Under the pieces are notes generated by a model, which saw nothing but the letters and a program-made list of their open reading frames with translations, was not told where the DNA came from and searched no databases. Both the position numbers and the translations under genes were made by a program. A DNA stretch of 64,000 nucleotides. It comes from Octopus sinensis (lineage: Eukaryota). The stretch is from contig NC_043012.1 of NCBI RefSeq assembly GCF_006345805.1, forward strand, positions 19,096,001 through 19,160,000. Direction: 5' to 3'. Within the stretch, counting starts at the first letter, position 1. The number at the start of each line of letters is the position of its first letter. This document shows, in pieces, positions 41,854 to 56,324 of this stretch.

Positions 41854-42282
41854 ACATACATTTATGTATATGGTAGCCGATATATGAGAGTAAATATGAA
41901 GATAATGTGACGGAAACTACACGTTTCTTTCTCCAGAATATGAAGTGGGGAATGAAAAGGCAGGAACGAAATATTAGCAAAATTTTATTCATGTAACCTC
42001 CTGTAGTCTTAAGTAAAGACTGATACGTTGGACAATGTTATTTCTGCAATGCAAAGAGAAAGAGAGAGAAAGGGATGGAAAGAAAGATAGAGCCAGAATG
42101 GTACTACTTGAAATTTCTTTGATCGTAGTTCAGCTCCATTGACGCTGACCTGTGGTGACACAACTACCAGAACATACACACACGCACACACATACACAAG
42201 CTCTAACCTCCATATCTTTGTACCTATATATGTGTGTTTGCATTATTCTATGTACGTATTCACGTGTTTTTTTTTTCATATC

Positions 42283-42485
42283 TTCTACCTTTGACCTATT
42301 TCAGTTATTCGACAGCGGTCATGCTGGGGCATCGCCATGAAAAGTATTCGTTGAAGAAATTGATTGCATTACTTACTTTTATTAACGCCTGTCATTCATT
42401 CTGTAGTTCTATTTTATCGAACCACAAAATTATGAGAACTTAAGCAGACACGAATTGCAAAGGCGCGTGGGGAACAAACACAAAG
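42283..42485 (-). mobile_element. Degenerate 3' half of SINE family B
   Basis: TATTTCAGTTATTCGACAGCGGTCATGCTGGGGCATCGCC matches the reverse complement of the family B tail. Confidence 0.6.
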
Positions 42486-43137
42486 TCAAGAAGAATCCAA
42501 TACAACACGTGAGACGTTGGCAGATAAGAGGGGTTTGTTTGATATTACTGGTACCAAATGCTGTTTTGATGTGTTGCTCATAGTCAAGTAGAATTGTAAA
42601 AATGTATTTCCAAGTTTAATAATAATTCAGTCGTTTTCTTAAACGAGATCACATGTGACATGCATCCTTCAATTTTTTATTTAATTGCCTGCGAAATCTC
42701 ATAAAGTGACTGAATTTACAATCTCCATCATTATACTGCATAGGCATCAGATTGTGAAAACCCAGTATTTTCTTGTCGCCCCAAAATACCGGGTTCGAAT
42801 GAAATGTAGTTGTGGAACTTTAAGAGAAAACGATCAACGACTTTGCTATTTTACATCGTTTGAAAAAAAAAAATTGATTAGGATTAGAAATAAGCATTCT
42901 CTGTACCCACACGAGAGGGACTTTCCCTACTTATGTGTATGATTGTGCGCGGGACGTGCGTGAGCGCTTCTGTATGCTTATATACTACACAAACATACAC
43001 ATATCTGCCTGTGCATGTGCGTTCACTTACATGGCTATGCAAATATACATGCATGTATACTTGATTGAATGTATGCTGTAGGTCTATATGTGTATATATA
43101 TATGTGTGTGTTTGTATATATATATATATAGAGAGAG

Positions 43138-43185
<48 letters not shown>

Positions 43186-43302
43186 TAATAGATAGACAGA
43201 TAGATAGGTATATGTATTGATAAATCGATATAGATATAGAAATATGCATATATATAATATATTATATTATATATTATATATATGATATATATATATGTAT
43301 AT

Positions 43303-43345
<43 letters not shown>

Positions 43346-44437
43346 CATATACACACACACAAAAACACAATCACAAACACAGATATATATATATATATCG
43401 TGATATTTCATGGGTTACTGAGTGTCACGAAAGCAGATACTAGATAGCGGCAAAGTGGAAAGTGTAGCCGTAATTCAATTTGTATCCAAGCTTGGTATCT
43501 TTACAAAACTGCGGCATTAAAGACAACTTCATGGCACTACTAATTTCTGACTTCTTCAATAAAGCAAACCACTGAAATATACGATATTAGCGATGACAAC
43601 ATGATGTATTGATATATGCTTCGAAGGGTGTGTAACACTATTGATACTGTACAACTCGTTGATAACTAACTCAGCTCACATCTATCCACACATATATACA
43701 CGCGCGCACACATACACACATATATATACAAACATACGCAGTCACACACTGACATACACAGCGGCACATGCATGCCTATATACAGACTGGCACTGGTGCA
43801 TATATATATGCGTGTGTGATATAGTATGTGCCTATATATATATATATATATACTATTATATATATTATATAATATAATGTATGTATTTATGTAGGATCTA
43901 TAAAACATACTACATACACAGAGGCATTTATATACATAGACACAAGCGTAACTTATACACACGTGTATTATATGTAAATATACAGTCATTTCTGACCATA
44001 TAGGTGCCAACACACACAAACACACACACACACACAAACACACACACAGAGGCACGCACATCTACCTATATACATTTATATGTATATAGGCGTGTGGGTG
44101 TGAGTGCGTGAGAGTGTTTGGGTGGATGTGTATTTATGTACTATGCTTATTGGTAAAGGCTTTGACTGTTCAACCTGAAGTTTGCCATAATTCAGCACTC
44201 TTAAGAAAATTGTGTTCCAGCCATCATTTCGCAATCCATTATGGACTAAATTATGTAATGCATTATTTCCATATTTATGAACGTAAGATATTCTTTACAA
44301 CGAGATATGCTATGTTGAGTACCGCCATGCAGGCTCCCTCACTGTGGCTTGTGTGCATATATACGGTGTTTTCATATGCATATGTACACAACACACACAC
44401 ACACACCTGTATATATATATATAATATACATATATAT

Positions 44438-44485
<48 letters not shown>

Positions 44486-45680
44486 TATGCATATATATAA
44501 TATGTAAATATATATAAGTATATATATGTAATATATATATGTGTATATATATATATATGTAAAGATAAATATATATAATATATATATATATATATTATAT
44601 ATATATATTAATATATATACATGGACATGTGTTGTAACTGTTTATATTGAAGTATGTATGGTTATGATATAGAATGTGCGGCGTCATCGCATGTGTGGTG
44701 TTTCATGTAGCATGCATGGGAATTTCCTCAGGTTGAGCTTCTATGCTTCTTGGAACTGGACATATATATAAATATTTTCATAATTATGTTTCTTCAGTGA
44801 GATACTAACACTCTCTTCATTAATGCTATACGAAATATAAAATGCCTGACGTGAACTCTCATGTACGTAGACAAAAATCACCAAACGAAGGCGCATAAAT
44901 AGATATAAATATATAACAATTTCACAGCAAGAAACTTATACATTCTTACTAATTCACTTATACAAAGACATAGACACAAGCATTCCAACATAACGGGAAT
45001 GGCCATATATTAAGTTGATGCCAGGGATATTTGTAAATATATAAAAGAATATCTCAGAATCATCATTTAAGCCTAGTTACATATGTAATTACAGGTTACA
45101 TTAATATATACATACCTGTATACATCTGCATATATCTATCTTTCTATCTATATATCTATCTATCTGTCTATCTATCTACCTGTCCGTATGTGTGTCTGTC
45201 AGTCTATGTCTGAATGTCTATCTGCCTATCTGTCTACATGTCCTTCTATCTGTCTGAACGTCTGTCTATCAATCAATCAATCAGTCAATCAACAATCAAT
45301 ATGTATATAAATATATAGATATACATACTATACACACGCACGCACAAACACACGCGCCCGCACAAACACACACATAATACACATATGTGAAGGTATGTAG
45401 AAATATATGCAAAATAAGTTCGACAGATTATAAAGTGTTAGTTATGCCTAGATCAATAAATTCTAAGGAATCATAAACTTGGATCGATAAGCAAACACAC
45501 ACACACACACACGTACAGACACACGCACACACACACATGTGCAAACGTAAACTCATATATGTATGCACTTATTTGGTAAAACTATATATATATTTATGTG
45601 TATATATGTGTGTGTATATATGTGAGTGTATATACATGTATATGTATATATATATACAACACACAGAACTACTATATATT

Positions 45681-45724
<44 letters not shown>

Positions 45725-46030
45725 ATTATATATATATATATATAAATACTACATACAATCTGTGATGTGTGTGTCTGGTATGGATATGTGAATGTGTATA
45801 AGAAAGAAGAATGGGAGTTAGAGAGAATGTAGAGAAGCAAAGATTTGCCTTATTCAATTGATCGATTCGATGTGTTCAAAATGATCGATGTATGATAGAT
45901 AGAATGAAATAGTGGTACATTGATAGATATAAATAGAGATTGGCATTATATATATACATATATATATACACACACATACACATATATATACATATATTTA
46001 TATATATATATATACATATATATATACTCA

Positions 46031-46130
46031 NNNNNNNNNNNNNNNNNNNNNNNNNNNNNNNNNNNNNNNNNNNNNNNNNNNNNNNNNNNNNNNNNNNNNN
46101 NNNNNNNNNNNNNNNNNNNNNNNNNNNNNN
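46031..46130. other. Assembly gap (100 N)
   Basis: Run of 100 Ns. The true distance and contiguity across it are unknown. Confidence 1.
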
Positions 46131-48019
46131 ATATTGTGTGGTAAGTTACCGACTAGAATTAATGCTTGTGTCATATAAGATCGTGCATCTAAGAAAAATA
46201 GATAAATGGATAGATAAATAAACAGAATTAGTATATTGAAATAAAGAGAGAGAACTGCTTAAATAAAAGTTAATATATTTAAGCGTATATAAAGTAATTG
46301 AAATATCAATATACAGTTGCAGAATAAGTGAGAGAAAAAATGAAAAGCTAAGAAAGGAAAACGAAAGTGAAAGTATAAATTTTTGAAAAGGAGTGATTGA
46401 CTTCAAAAGAGCGGTGACTGCGATAGTGTGAATGAGTGAGTGAGTGAGTGAGTGAATGAGGAAGTAAGAGGGTGCAGGAGTGAGAGGAGGGAGGCGGAAG
46501 GAGGGGTTTAGGGAGGGAATGAGTGAATATATGAGTGTGAGAAGGGGAGAGGGAGGAAAAGAGAGAGGAGAAGGGAGAGTCGAAATAGTGAGTGAGTGAG
46601 TGACTGAGTGAGTGAGCGGATGAGAGACGGAGTGACTGATGGAAGGCGAATGCGTCGGAGTAAGAGAAATGCTTTCAGTTACGATTTCTTGTGATATTTG
46701 CACCAGCTCAGAATTTTGAAAATCTACAATGGAAAAATTGTGGTCAAATACAAAGTCGACATTCGGAGACATGTAATCATCACTCAGTAAAAAAGTTACC
46801 ATAGCAAACAGCGACAGCGAAATAATGTTGGAGGATATTAACTGATCATTCATTAACGAGCCTCAAATGAAAACAAAAAAAGAAAAGAAGAAAACAAAAA
46901 TGAATGAACGTAAAAAAAATGTGGAGTCGGAACGGAAATTTAAAGAAAAAAGTGACGAGAAAATCGTTTGTTAGAAAATAGTGACGTGTGTTAGAATTAA
47001 GTGCCTTGTATAGATGTTTTTGCAGGAATATACCCAAATATATATATATATATTATATAATATATATGGACACATATATACACACACACGCACGCACACA
47101 CACAACCACACATATATAATATTATATATTTATATATATATAGATATATATATATATATATAATATATATATGTATGCATGTGTGTATATATACATGTAC
47201 AATAATAGATGTTATTTATCCGAACGTACACACACAAGGACATATGCGTATGTATACAGTATATATTACCGATATATGCATCATATACACACACACGCGC
47301 GCGTGCTTGCATATATATATATATATATATAATATATATATATACTATATATATATATACGTTATACATCACATACTTAGCTATTCGTATATTATATGCA
47401 CAAACATCGAATTATACATCGCGTGTAAAGTTAATAAACAAAAATTAAACATTGCCTCTTACAAGTATTTGGCTAAAAAGACACAACTATACACATGCAC
47501 AGAGGAGGGATATATGTATGTGTTTGCGTCTGTGCGTATGCATGTGTGTGTGTGTGTATGTGTGTGTGTGTGTATGTGTGTGTGTGTGCGCTCATACTCA
47601 ACGGGGTGCTACAGAGTCACTATCTCAGAAATTCATTGTTCGGACCGGGTATATAATAGAACAGACTTGCGGAAGTAGCTACGCTATGGGATAGATCTCA
47701 AAACCGCAGGGTTGCCAAACCAAATTGTTCCTACCTTAGACCCCTGTTTCACCTTATAAGTTATCTCTTTCCCGCTTAAGTAATTTCCTCTATCTCTCTC
47801 TTTCACTTACCCTCTCTCTTTTTCACTTTCTGTCTACACACACATACGCACGCGCGCGTACACACATGCACACAAATACTCGCACACAAATACTCGCACA
47901 CACGCGAGTGTGCGTGTGTGCGAGCGTGCAAGGCGAGATGGCAGAATCGTTACCACGCATTTCGTTCGAGCTCAAGTTCTGATTTCAAATAATATTAAGG
48001 TGGGCAGCTGGGCACAACA

Positions 48020-48032
48020 TATACCTATCTAC

Positions 48033-48064
<32 letters not shown>

Positions 48065-48195
48065 ATATCTATCTATCTATCTATATATCTATATATATAT
48101 CTATCTATCTATCTATCTACCTATCTATATATATATATATATATATCTGCCTATGTATCTATCTATCTATCTGTCTATGTATCTATCTATGTATG

Positions 48196-48236
<41 letters not shown>

Positions 48237-48255
48237 CTCTATCTACCTATCTACC

Positions 48256-48291
<36 letters not shown>

Positions 48292-48340
48292 ATATATCTG
48301 TCTATCTATCTGTCACTCCATCTATGTATCTATATGATAT
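48020..48340. repeat. (TATC)n/(TA)n compound microsatellite
   Basis: Seen directly. Confidence 0.95.
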
Positions 48341-49714
48341 AATACAAAATATATATATATATGTATGTATATGTATATATATATGTATATGTGTGCGTGT
48401 ATGTGAATGTGTGTGTTTACACACACAGACGCATGTTGTTAATGTGTATTAGGCATGTGTACATACATGAATACATATATGTACGTGTATATGTCTCACT
48501 AACACACATTAGCTTCGTAGAATCGCAAGCACATACCAACAAATACTGATATTACAAAAAGAAAATGCTTGCATGTACGTAAGTACTGATGATATTTCAA
48601 CGACGATTATTTAAAAAATATTACAGTTGAAAATCTGTAGTTATATGTTCATTTTCGCATTTGTTGATATATATATATATATATGTATATATAATATATA
48701 TGTATGTATGTATGTATCCATGTCATTTCGATGTGTTGGAGTTGAGACTGCATGGAATAGAGACATTAAAAGGCACACATAGTTATGAATTAAGGGATAA
48801 CTTATTTTCGAGGAGTAATTGAGAGTTAGATATTTCATAGAAAGTGTCAGATTGAAAACGTACAAGGACAATAACGAGAATAGGAAAGAGGAAAGAGGAA
48901 GAAAGAAAAGAGATAGAGGAAATAGAAGTTAGGTTGAGAGAAGTGGAGAGCTGTCAGGCGAAGTGTGATTTTGATAAAAAGCCAGGAATAACACTTGATA
49001 TCTAAGAAAATTTAGAGAGAATGTGTGAAAAACAGACGTTGAAGGGGTTGTTGAAATAAATAAACAGTTATTGTTCCGGCTTGGAGCACGACTAGAAGAA
49101 TTCCAAGCTAACTCACGTGTAGAAGGGAAGAACGAATGAAGGGTTGCATAGGTAATAATAATAAAAGAAATGGACATGCAATACTTCATCTTAACAATAT
49201 ATATTATCAGCGAACATGACATATAGATTCAAATAAGCAGGAAAATCTGAGGGAGGGAGAGAGAGAGAGGAGGAGGAGGAGGAAGAAATAGCGAGGCTGT
49301 GAGAGAAACGGAGAGAGAGAGAGAGAGGGGATAACGAAGGGAAAGCAATTTACATAAACAATGTCACGAACAGACGGAATATTATGTCTAAGAAAGTGCA
49401 AAGCAATAACAATTACTATTACAGGTGAAAAGTGACACACCGGGAGTGTTGAAGAAGTGAACACCATATACATGCGCGCGTGCATGTGTGTGTGTGCGTA
49501 TGCGTGCGTGAGTTAATGTGTGTCTCGGCAAATTTGTCGATGAATGCATATGCGTGTGTCTGTGTTCGTGTGTGTAAGGGTCGTATATGAATTAAGGAAT
49601 TATGAAAAATTTATTAAAAGATTTATGTTTCATTTTTAATAAGCTGCGAGAAACACAGTTGGGGTTTTGTTGTGTGTTTTTCTCAATTTTTATCCATATA
49701 TCTATGTGTGTGTT

Positions 49715-49745
<31 letters not shown>

Positions 49746-49909
49746 CTGTGTGTGTCTGTGTGAGTATACGTGTATATGTATGTAAGTATGTAAGTATGTA
49801 TATTATATATATGTATATATATATATATATTATATATATATATATATATATTATTATATATATATATATATTATATATATATATATATGTATGTATCTAT
49901 ATATATATA

Positions 49910-49941
<32 letters not shown>

Positions 49942-50002
49942 GATTTTGATTTGATTTTTCCAGTTTCAGCTAATGAGCTGTGGCCATGCTGGGGCACCGC
50001 CA

Positions 50003-50033
<31 letters not shown>

Positions 50034-50361
50034 GTATGTATGTATGTATATATACGTAAACTTGTGGTTTTATGATTATTGCTATTCAGAACAAACATTA
50101 GGTATTATACCGGTAATACGTTGGTTAATACCATCCTTTAATGAAGCTAATTTAACCCCTATATACATACATATATTAAAGTACATACATGTCTGGACAC
50201 CTATATATATATATTTATACACACACACACGCACACACGCACACACACCTATATATATATATACATATTATATATATATATATACATATATATGTATACA
50301 TGCATACATATATTAATGTTCATATATGCATGTAAATATATATATGTATACATATGTATAT

Positions 50362-50395
<34 letters not shown>

Positions 50396-50478
50396 CATAC
50401 ATGCATATATATATATATATATACATGCCTATATATATATACATATATATAAATGCATGTATGTATATATATATGCAT

Positions 50479-50521
<43 letters not shown>

Positions 50522-50724
50522 ACATAGAAACGTGATGTCATGTGTGTGCGTATGTGTGTGTGTGTTCAGATGTGAGAGAGTCAGTGACCGAGAAAGAAAG
50601 AAAGAGAAATTGTGAGACTCACACACACGCACACATGATTCCAGAAAAAGGGTTTATAGAAGCGACAACATACGAAGACACAGCATATAATAGCATGTCT
50701 GTTCATCAACAGTTGACTTGCATG

Positions 50725-50940
50725 AAGAGATGAGCTGGCAGAATCGTTAGTACGCCGGAAAAAATTGCTTAGCGGCATTTCGCCCCTAATAATGTTCTGA
50801 GATCAAATTCTTCCGCGATCGACTTTACTTCACATCCTTTCGGGGTCGATAGACTAAGTATCAGCTAGGACCTGGAGACGATGCAATCGACTTACAACCT
50901 CCTCAGAAATTACTTGACTCGTGCCAAAATTTGAAATCCG
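50725..50940 (+). mobile_element. SINE family A
   Basis: GAGCTGGCAGAATCGTTAGTACGCCGG...GATCAAATTC...CATCCTTTCGGGGTCGATAG...TCGTGCCAAAATTTGAAATCC. Confidence 0.82.
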
Positions 50941-51109
50941 TATTTCAATTCCATATATATACATTTATACCAAGCTGGAGTTCCAACATTTAGAGTTCTT
51001 TTACAAGGCTGAGAAAAACTGGAGAGGCGAAACTGTTGAAAAAGCTCTTAATTAACTGCTCCTCATGTATATCGTTTAACACCGAAGGTGGACGTGTTCA
51101 GTACCCGCT

Positions 51110-51170
51110 TGTCTGTCTATCAATTTATTTTTCTATGAATCAATCAATCTACATATCTACCCCTCTACCA

Positions 51171-51208
<38 letters not shown>

Positions 51209-51260
51209 ATCTATATCTATCTATCTATCTATCTATCTACCTTTCTGCCCATTTATCTAT

Positions 51261-51352
<92 letters not shown>

Positions 51353-51383
51353 ATATCTACCCATCTACCCATATATCTCTCTC

Positions 51384-51463
<80 letters not shown>

Positions 51464-51484
51464 CATCTCTGCCCATTTATCTAT

Positions 51485-51525
<41 letters not shown>

Positions 51526-51526
51526 C
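51110..51526. repeat. (TATC)n array, 5' flank of the Tx1 LINE
   Basis: Seen directly. It includes the variant unit CTACCCATCTACCCAT. Confidence 0.95.
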
Positions 51527-52504
51527 ATGACCGAACTGCAGTCGTGGATCAAAAAGAGGCCGAGGAAGGGCGAATGGCACCGCGAGTGTCGCGTTGCTCT
51601 CAAGCAACTCTGCCGTCCTGGGTCGACCTTAAGTGACTTCAATACAACCAAAGCATTCTATAGGGGTTTAGTGGAGGGGAGGTACGACGACGAGCTCGGG
51701 GCGAACCTGGACGTCGACGAGGAGTACCTGACCCGCCTGTTCGGGACGACTTCGGGCCAGGGCCCATGGACAACTTCCAGAGATCCCTGGCCTGGCAGTG
51801 CTACCGAGAAGCGCTACCCGTTCGGGATAAGCTCTACAGACACGGCTCGAGAAACACGGGGCCGACCTGCCCGAGATGCGGTCAGAGCGACGAAACCGTT
51901 CTGCACGTACTCGTTCAGTGTCCAACATTTCCGACCTGTGGGCTTATGTCGAACAACTGCTGTCACGTGTGTGGGACGAGTCGGTTTATCAGCTGAGTCT
52001 ATCGTCAATATTGTCACGCCTCCTTCCTTCAAACGGGAAGGAAGAGCTATTTTCTTCATCCTTGTGGCTATGGCGAAAGAATGTATATGGTGGACGCGTC
52101 TGAAAGGATTGGAGACAAACACTTTCCTCTCTGGTCAATCTCTCATCAACTTCTTCAAGTACCACTTGAAAAGGAAAGTGAGAGTAGAGAGGCAAGTTTT
52201 GTCTAGCGAATATTTAAAAAAAGATGGGTGAATGTAGCAAGAATGGCACGTATGAATGACGAGGCCACCTTGAGCATAGTCCTATGAACCCAGAAATCGA
52301 AAACAGAGAGTTGCTTATTTGCAAAAAAAAAAAAAAAAAAAAAAAAAAAAGAAATATAAAATGTGACTTCATTGACCGAGGTTACCGTGGTCTTTTCTGC
52401 AGGCTTTTCTTTCCACGGGTAAACCTCACCTGTCCTCCCCTTTACACTTCATATTGACATTTCTGTGATAACGATCCCTATTGATCATTTTTTTTTTTCC
52501 TCTC

Positions 52505-52536
<32 letters not shown>

Positions 52537-52704
52537 GTTTAACCCCCCCTTATTTTTGTCCTCCTCTTTCTCTCCTTTTACGATCCCTTTGATCGAACCT
52601 CCCCCTTCCTTTTTTTTTTTTTTTTTTTAATACCTTCAAAAGAAAAGCTCTACCTTGTAATTTGTTCTATCTGTGTGCAGCCCTGTGTGGCTAATAAAGA
52701 AACA
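51527..52704 (+). mobile_element. 5'-truncated Tx1/L1-clade LINE: ORF2 C-terminus with CCHC zf-RVT motif plus 3' UTR
   Basis: GC-rich island. The joined frames read ...TKAFYRGLVEG...MDNFQRSLAWQCYREALPVRDKLYRHG..TCPRCGQSDETVLHVLVQCP..SDLWAYVEQLL..AKECIWWTR..RWVNVARM..LSIVL* (stop 52285-52287). The 3' UTR has poly-A/poly-T tracts and AATAAA at 52693-52698, followed directly by (TATC)n. Confidence 0.9.
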
Positions 52705-52798
52705 TATCTATCTATCTATCTATCTACCCATCTACCCATCTATCTCTCTCTCTATCTATCTATCTATCTATCTATCCACCCATCTACCCATCTATCTC

Positions 52799-52830
<32 letters not shown>

Positions 52831-52850
52831 CCCATCTACCCATCTATCTC

Positions 52851-52898
<48 letters not shown>

Positions 52899-52918
52899 CC
52901 CATCTACCCATCTATCTC

Positions 52919-52975
<57 letters not shown>

Positions 52976-52980
52976 ATATC
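52705..52980. repeat. (TATC)n array with higher-order variant repeats, 3' flank of the Tx1 LINE
   Basis: TATC units interrupted four times by CCCATCTACCCATCTATCTCTC. Confidence 0.95.
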
Positions 52981-53004
52981 GCTCCCTCCCACTCTACCAC
53001 TGGT

Positions 53005-53038
<34 letters not shown>

Positions 53039-53465
53039 AGTGTGTGTGTGTGTGTGTGTGCTTTGTGTGCGTTTGTCTGTGCCCTTCTCTTTTAGGTAGG
53101 AGTGTATTAACATCGACATATATTTCCATTCTTATGCATTGGGGTTTTTAAGCAAAAATACGCATATATTCCCACCTCATAAATATAAAACCTATGTAAT
53201 GAGAGAGAGAGTGTGTGAGCGAGAGAGAGGGAGAGTGTGAGAGAGATAGACAGAGAGGTAGATTTACACACATATATATTCAAACGTATATATAATATGT
53301 GATATAAAACCACATATATTTATACGCATGCATATAGATAAATATATATTTATACACATATACATGCACACATATATATATGTATATATATATATACACA
53401 TATATATATATATATATACATATATATATGCATCTATATGTATACATATATATATATATATATAC

Positions 53466-53498
<33 letters not shown>

Positions 53499-53931
53499 AT
53501 ATATATATATACATATATATATATACATATATATATATACATATATATTATATATATATACATATATAAATATATATATATACATATATACATATATACA
53601 TATATATGTATATTTATATGTGTGTGTGTGTGTTTATGTTTGTCTATCTGTGTTTGCCCACTAGCATTGCTTGACAACCGATGCTGGTGTTATTTGTCAA
53701 ACATACACAAAATTATATACATACATTTATATCACTATATATATATATATACTCTCGATTCCTTTATTTTCTCCCACGCTGGAGGATCGCCTTGTAGAAA
53801 TTTTAGTCAAAGGAATCTTGTTTTTGTCGAAACTATAACCTAGTCAACAACACACTCGCACACACACAGACACACACACACACACACACACAGACTCACA
53901 AACACACACAAGTACGCACACAGACACACAT

Positions 53932-53965
<34 letters not shown>

Positions 53966-53982
53966 CTACATATATACAGACA

Positions 53983-54112
53983 TAGGTGCAGGGGTGGCTG
54001 TGTAGTTAGATGTTTGCTTCCTAAGCACATGGTTTCAGGTTCAATGTCACTACTTCACACCATGCGCAACTATTTTCTGCTCAAACCGATACGATACCTT
54101 GTCAGTGGATGT
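53983..54112 (+). mobile_element. SINE family B head fragment
   Basis: GGTGCAGGGGTGGCTGTGTAGTTAG...CACATGGTTTCAGGTTCAATG...CCTTGTCAGTGGAT. Confidence 0.65.
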
Positions 54113-55309
54113 AAGTGATGACGTAGGCTATGAAATTAAGTTGACTTTAAATTGGTGTGTAGAAGCGTAACAACTCTCTTCAATTACATGTACAACCCAA
54201 GTCAATTGCTAATTCAGGTTTATTGTTGCCCTGTTAGCGAATTGCTTGTAAGGAAGTTCATTATCAGGAAATTTATGCTCGCCCCTGAATTAGCGTGGTA
54301 TACTTTATACAATATATATTTTTTCTTCAAGGCATTGACATGTGATTTGAAGATTATAGTACAAAGATGTGAACTGTGCGGTCTACACACATCTATGGAA
54401 CAAAATTCATTAGAGACGATACATTTTCCAATTGCTTGGATCTAGATCAAGAAAATATACTCGACGAAGGAATTAAATAACATTCAGGCATATTCTCCTG
54501 GCAGACTTGCCTTGAAAATGTGTAGAGTTTGTCTGCGAGTAAATTTGTCTACTCTTCCTAGAATATCTTCTACACACATAGTAATCCTAATGATATACTC
54601 ATTTGTTTCTTGTATTTCCTTTAATTCTTATTTTGCTTTAAATTGATTAAGTCGACGATACACAACAAAGATAATATGTTTTGAAATATCTAACGCAGCA
54701 CGGAACGAGGAAGTTTTGTTTGTCGAGCACCTGCTCTGAATGCTTGCGCCAAAACGTCAGAGAACGGGGTTAAAATCGCCCAATGGATTATTAATGATAA
54801 TGTCAACCGGACGATGTATTAAATCTACCAAACAATAATTGTAAATATCCGTTCCGTACATTTTCCTGCTGAGTTTCTAACCAAATACCTCTTAGACACT
54901 TTTAGTTGATCCATGGTCACTTGCCAGAGAGCATTTTTGTTGTGATGAAACAAAATCACTTCATTATGGAGTAAGTTATATAAGCAGCTGTCATTCGGAG
55001 ATCGATTTGAAATGTTGTATTTCTATTATGAACGATAACAAAGAAATGAACCCACAATATAATGTGAATCAATACAATAAGCCATACTCTTCTACAGATC
55101 CTTTTAAAATTATTTGCCCAATGTAATAAAATATTATGTCTTTGGAAAATACTTCGATACTGCAGAAAATTATTGCAGTTACTAACAGATGCAACCAAAA
55201 CAAGAGCAAGAGATATAATTCCAACAAAATCAAATAACTGAAATAATGGAAAATATAACAAAAAGATTAAATGGCTGCCTCGGGGCTTTAAAACAAAAAT
55301 ATGAGCATA

Positions 55310-55500
55310 TCAGTAAGCCGGCACAATCGTTAGCATTCCACCTGTATTGCATCTGTCACGTTCTGATTTGAAATTCCGCCGCGGTTCACTTTGCCTGTCA
55401 TCATTTCGGTGTCGATTAAATATTTACCAGTTGCATATGGCGTCGATATAATTGAATATATCTGTGAAATTACTGGCTTTGTGCCAAAATGTTAAAGCAA
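55310..55500 (+). mobile_element. Degenerate SINE family A
   Basis: AATCGTTAGCA...GAAATTCCGCCGCGGTTCACTTTGCCTGTCATCATTTCGGTGTCGATTAAAT...GGCTTTGTGCCAAAATG. Confidence 0.7.
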
Positions 55501-56324
55501 TATATAAGCAGAAATGACGGGATCACTTAAAGTCAATTTTGAATATACATCTGATGGATGAGGGCAAATTACTCAGTCTTAGCAAGCTATGTAAAAATAT
55601 ATTGTAACGAATAATAATGACTGATTGCAAAAAAATAACATCAGCTTATTTCCCAATAGAAAACATGGGTAAAAATCAAGCCACATTATTATGTAGAATA
55701 GAAAAATATTGTTATTAATAATATATAATTGTCATATTATAAACTGTACGTTCTATATCGATCTTTTAGTACGAAATATGGAGAACCTATACTCGTTTTT
55801 AGATTCGAAGAGAAGGATTTCAGGGAGGGGACCATACTCAAAGACCGGAAATGAATGTTTGGGTAATGTGGACCCCATTTATGCTACCTGTCAGCGGAAT
55901 ATAAATGTTTAACAAGGAGATGGATTAATTTTTCAAAGTAGACTGACAATGAGATGTGATGTCAGGACGGAAGCAGGTAGTCGAAGATAACTTGCAAGCC
56001 TTCCCGAAATGCTCAACTTTGTATAATGCATCCGAAGAGATGACAAGAAAAAGGATGACCGCTACGACAATTTGAGTCGGAACCCAAGAGTAACTTTCAC
56101 ATCTTGCAATTTCCCACCGGTTAATATGTTGGAATACATCGTGTAAAACAACGTAGATACTGTGAAATCCTGGATCATTACTAATAGAAATCAATGTTCT
56201 TTATCAGTGAATAGGCAAAATATCGCTAACTCACACACACACACGTGTGTAAATACGTACTTGCAAACAAAGATACATTCATACATACAACGCACATTAT
56301 ATACATACATATATACATAATATT

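Noticed and set aside
46146-46853. 235-aa minus-strand ORF
   Set aside because: It is built on (GAGT)n and GA-rich low-complexity sequence next to an assembly gap, with no recognisable domain.
54150-56200. Several 65-100 aa ORFs in non-repetitive sequence as possible host exons
   Set aside because: No recognisable domains, coherent splice structure or coding-like composition could be seen by eye.
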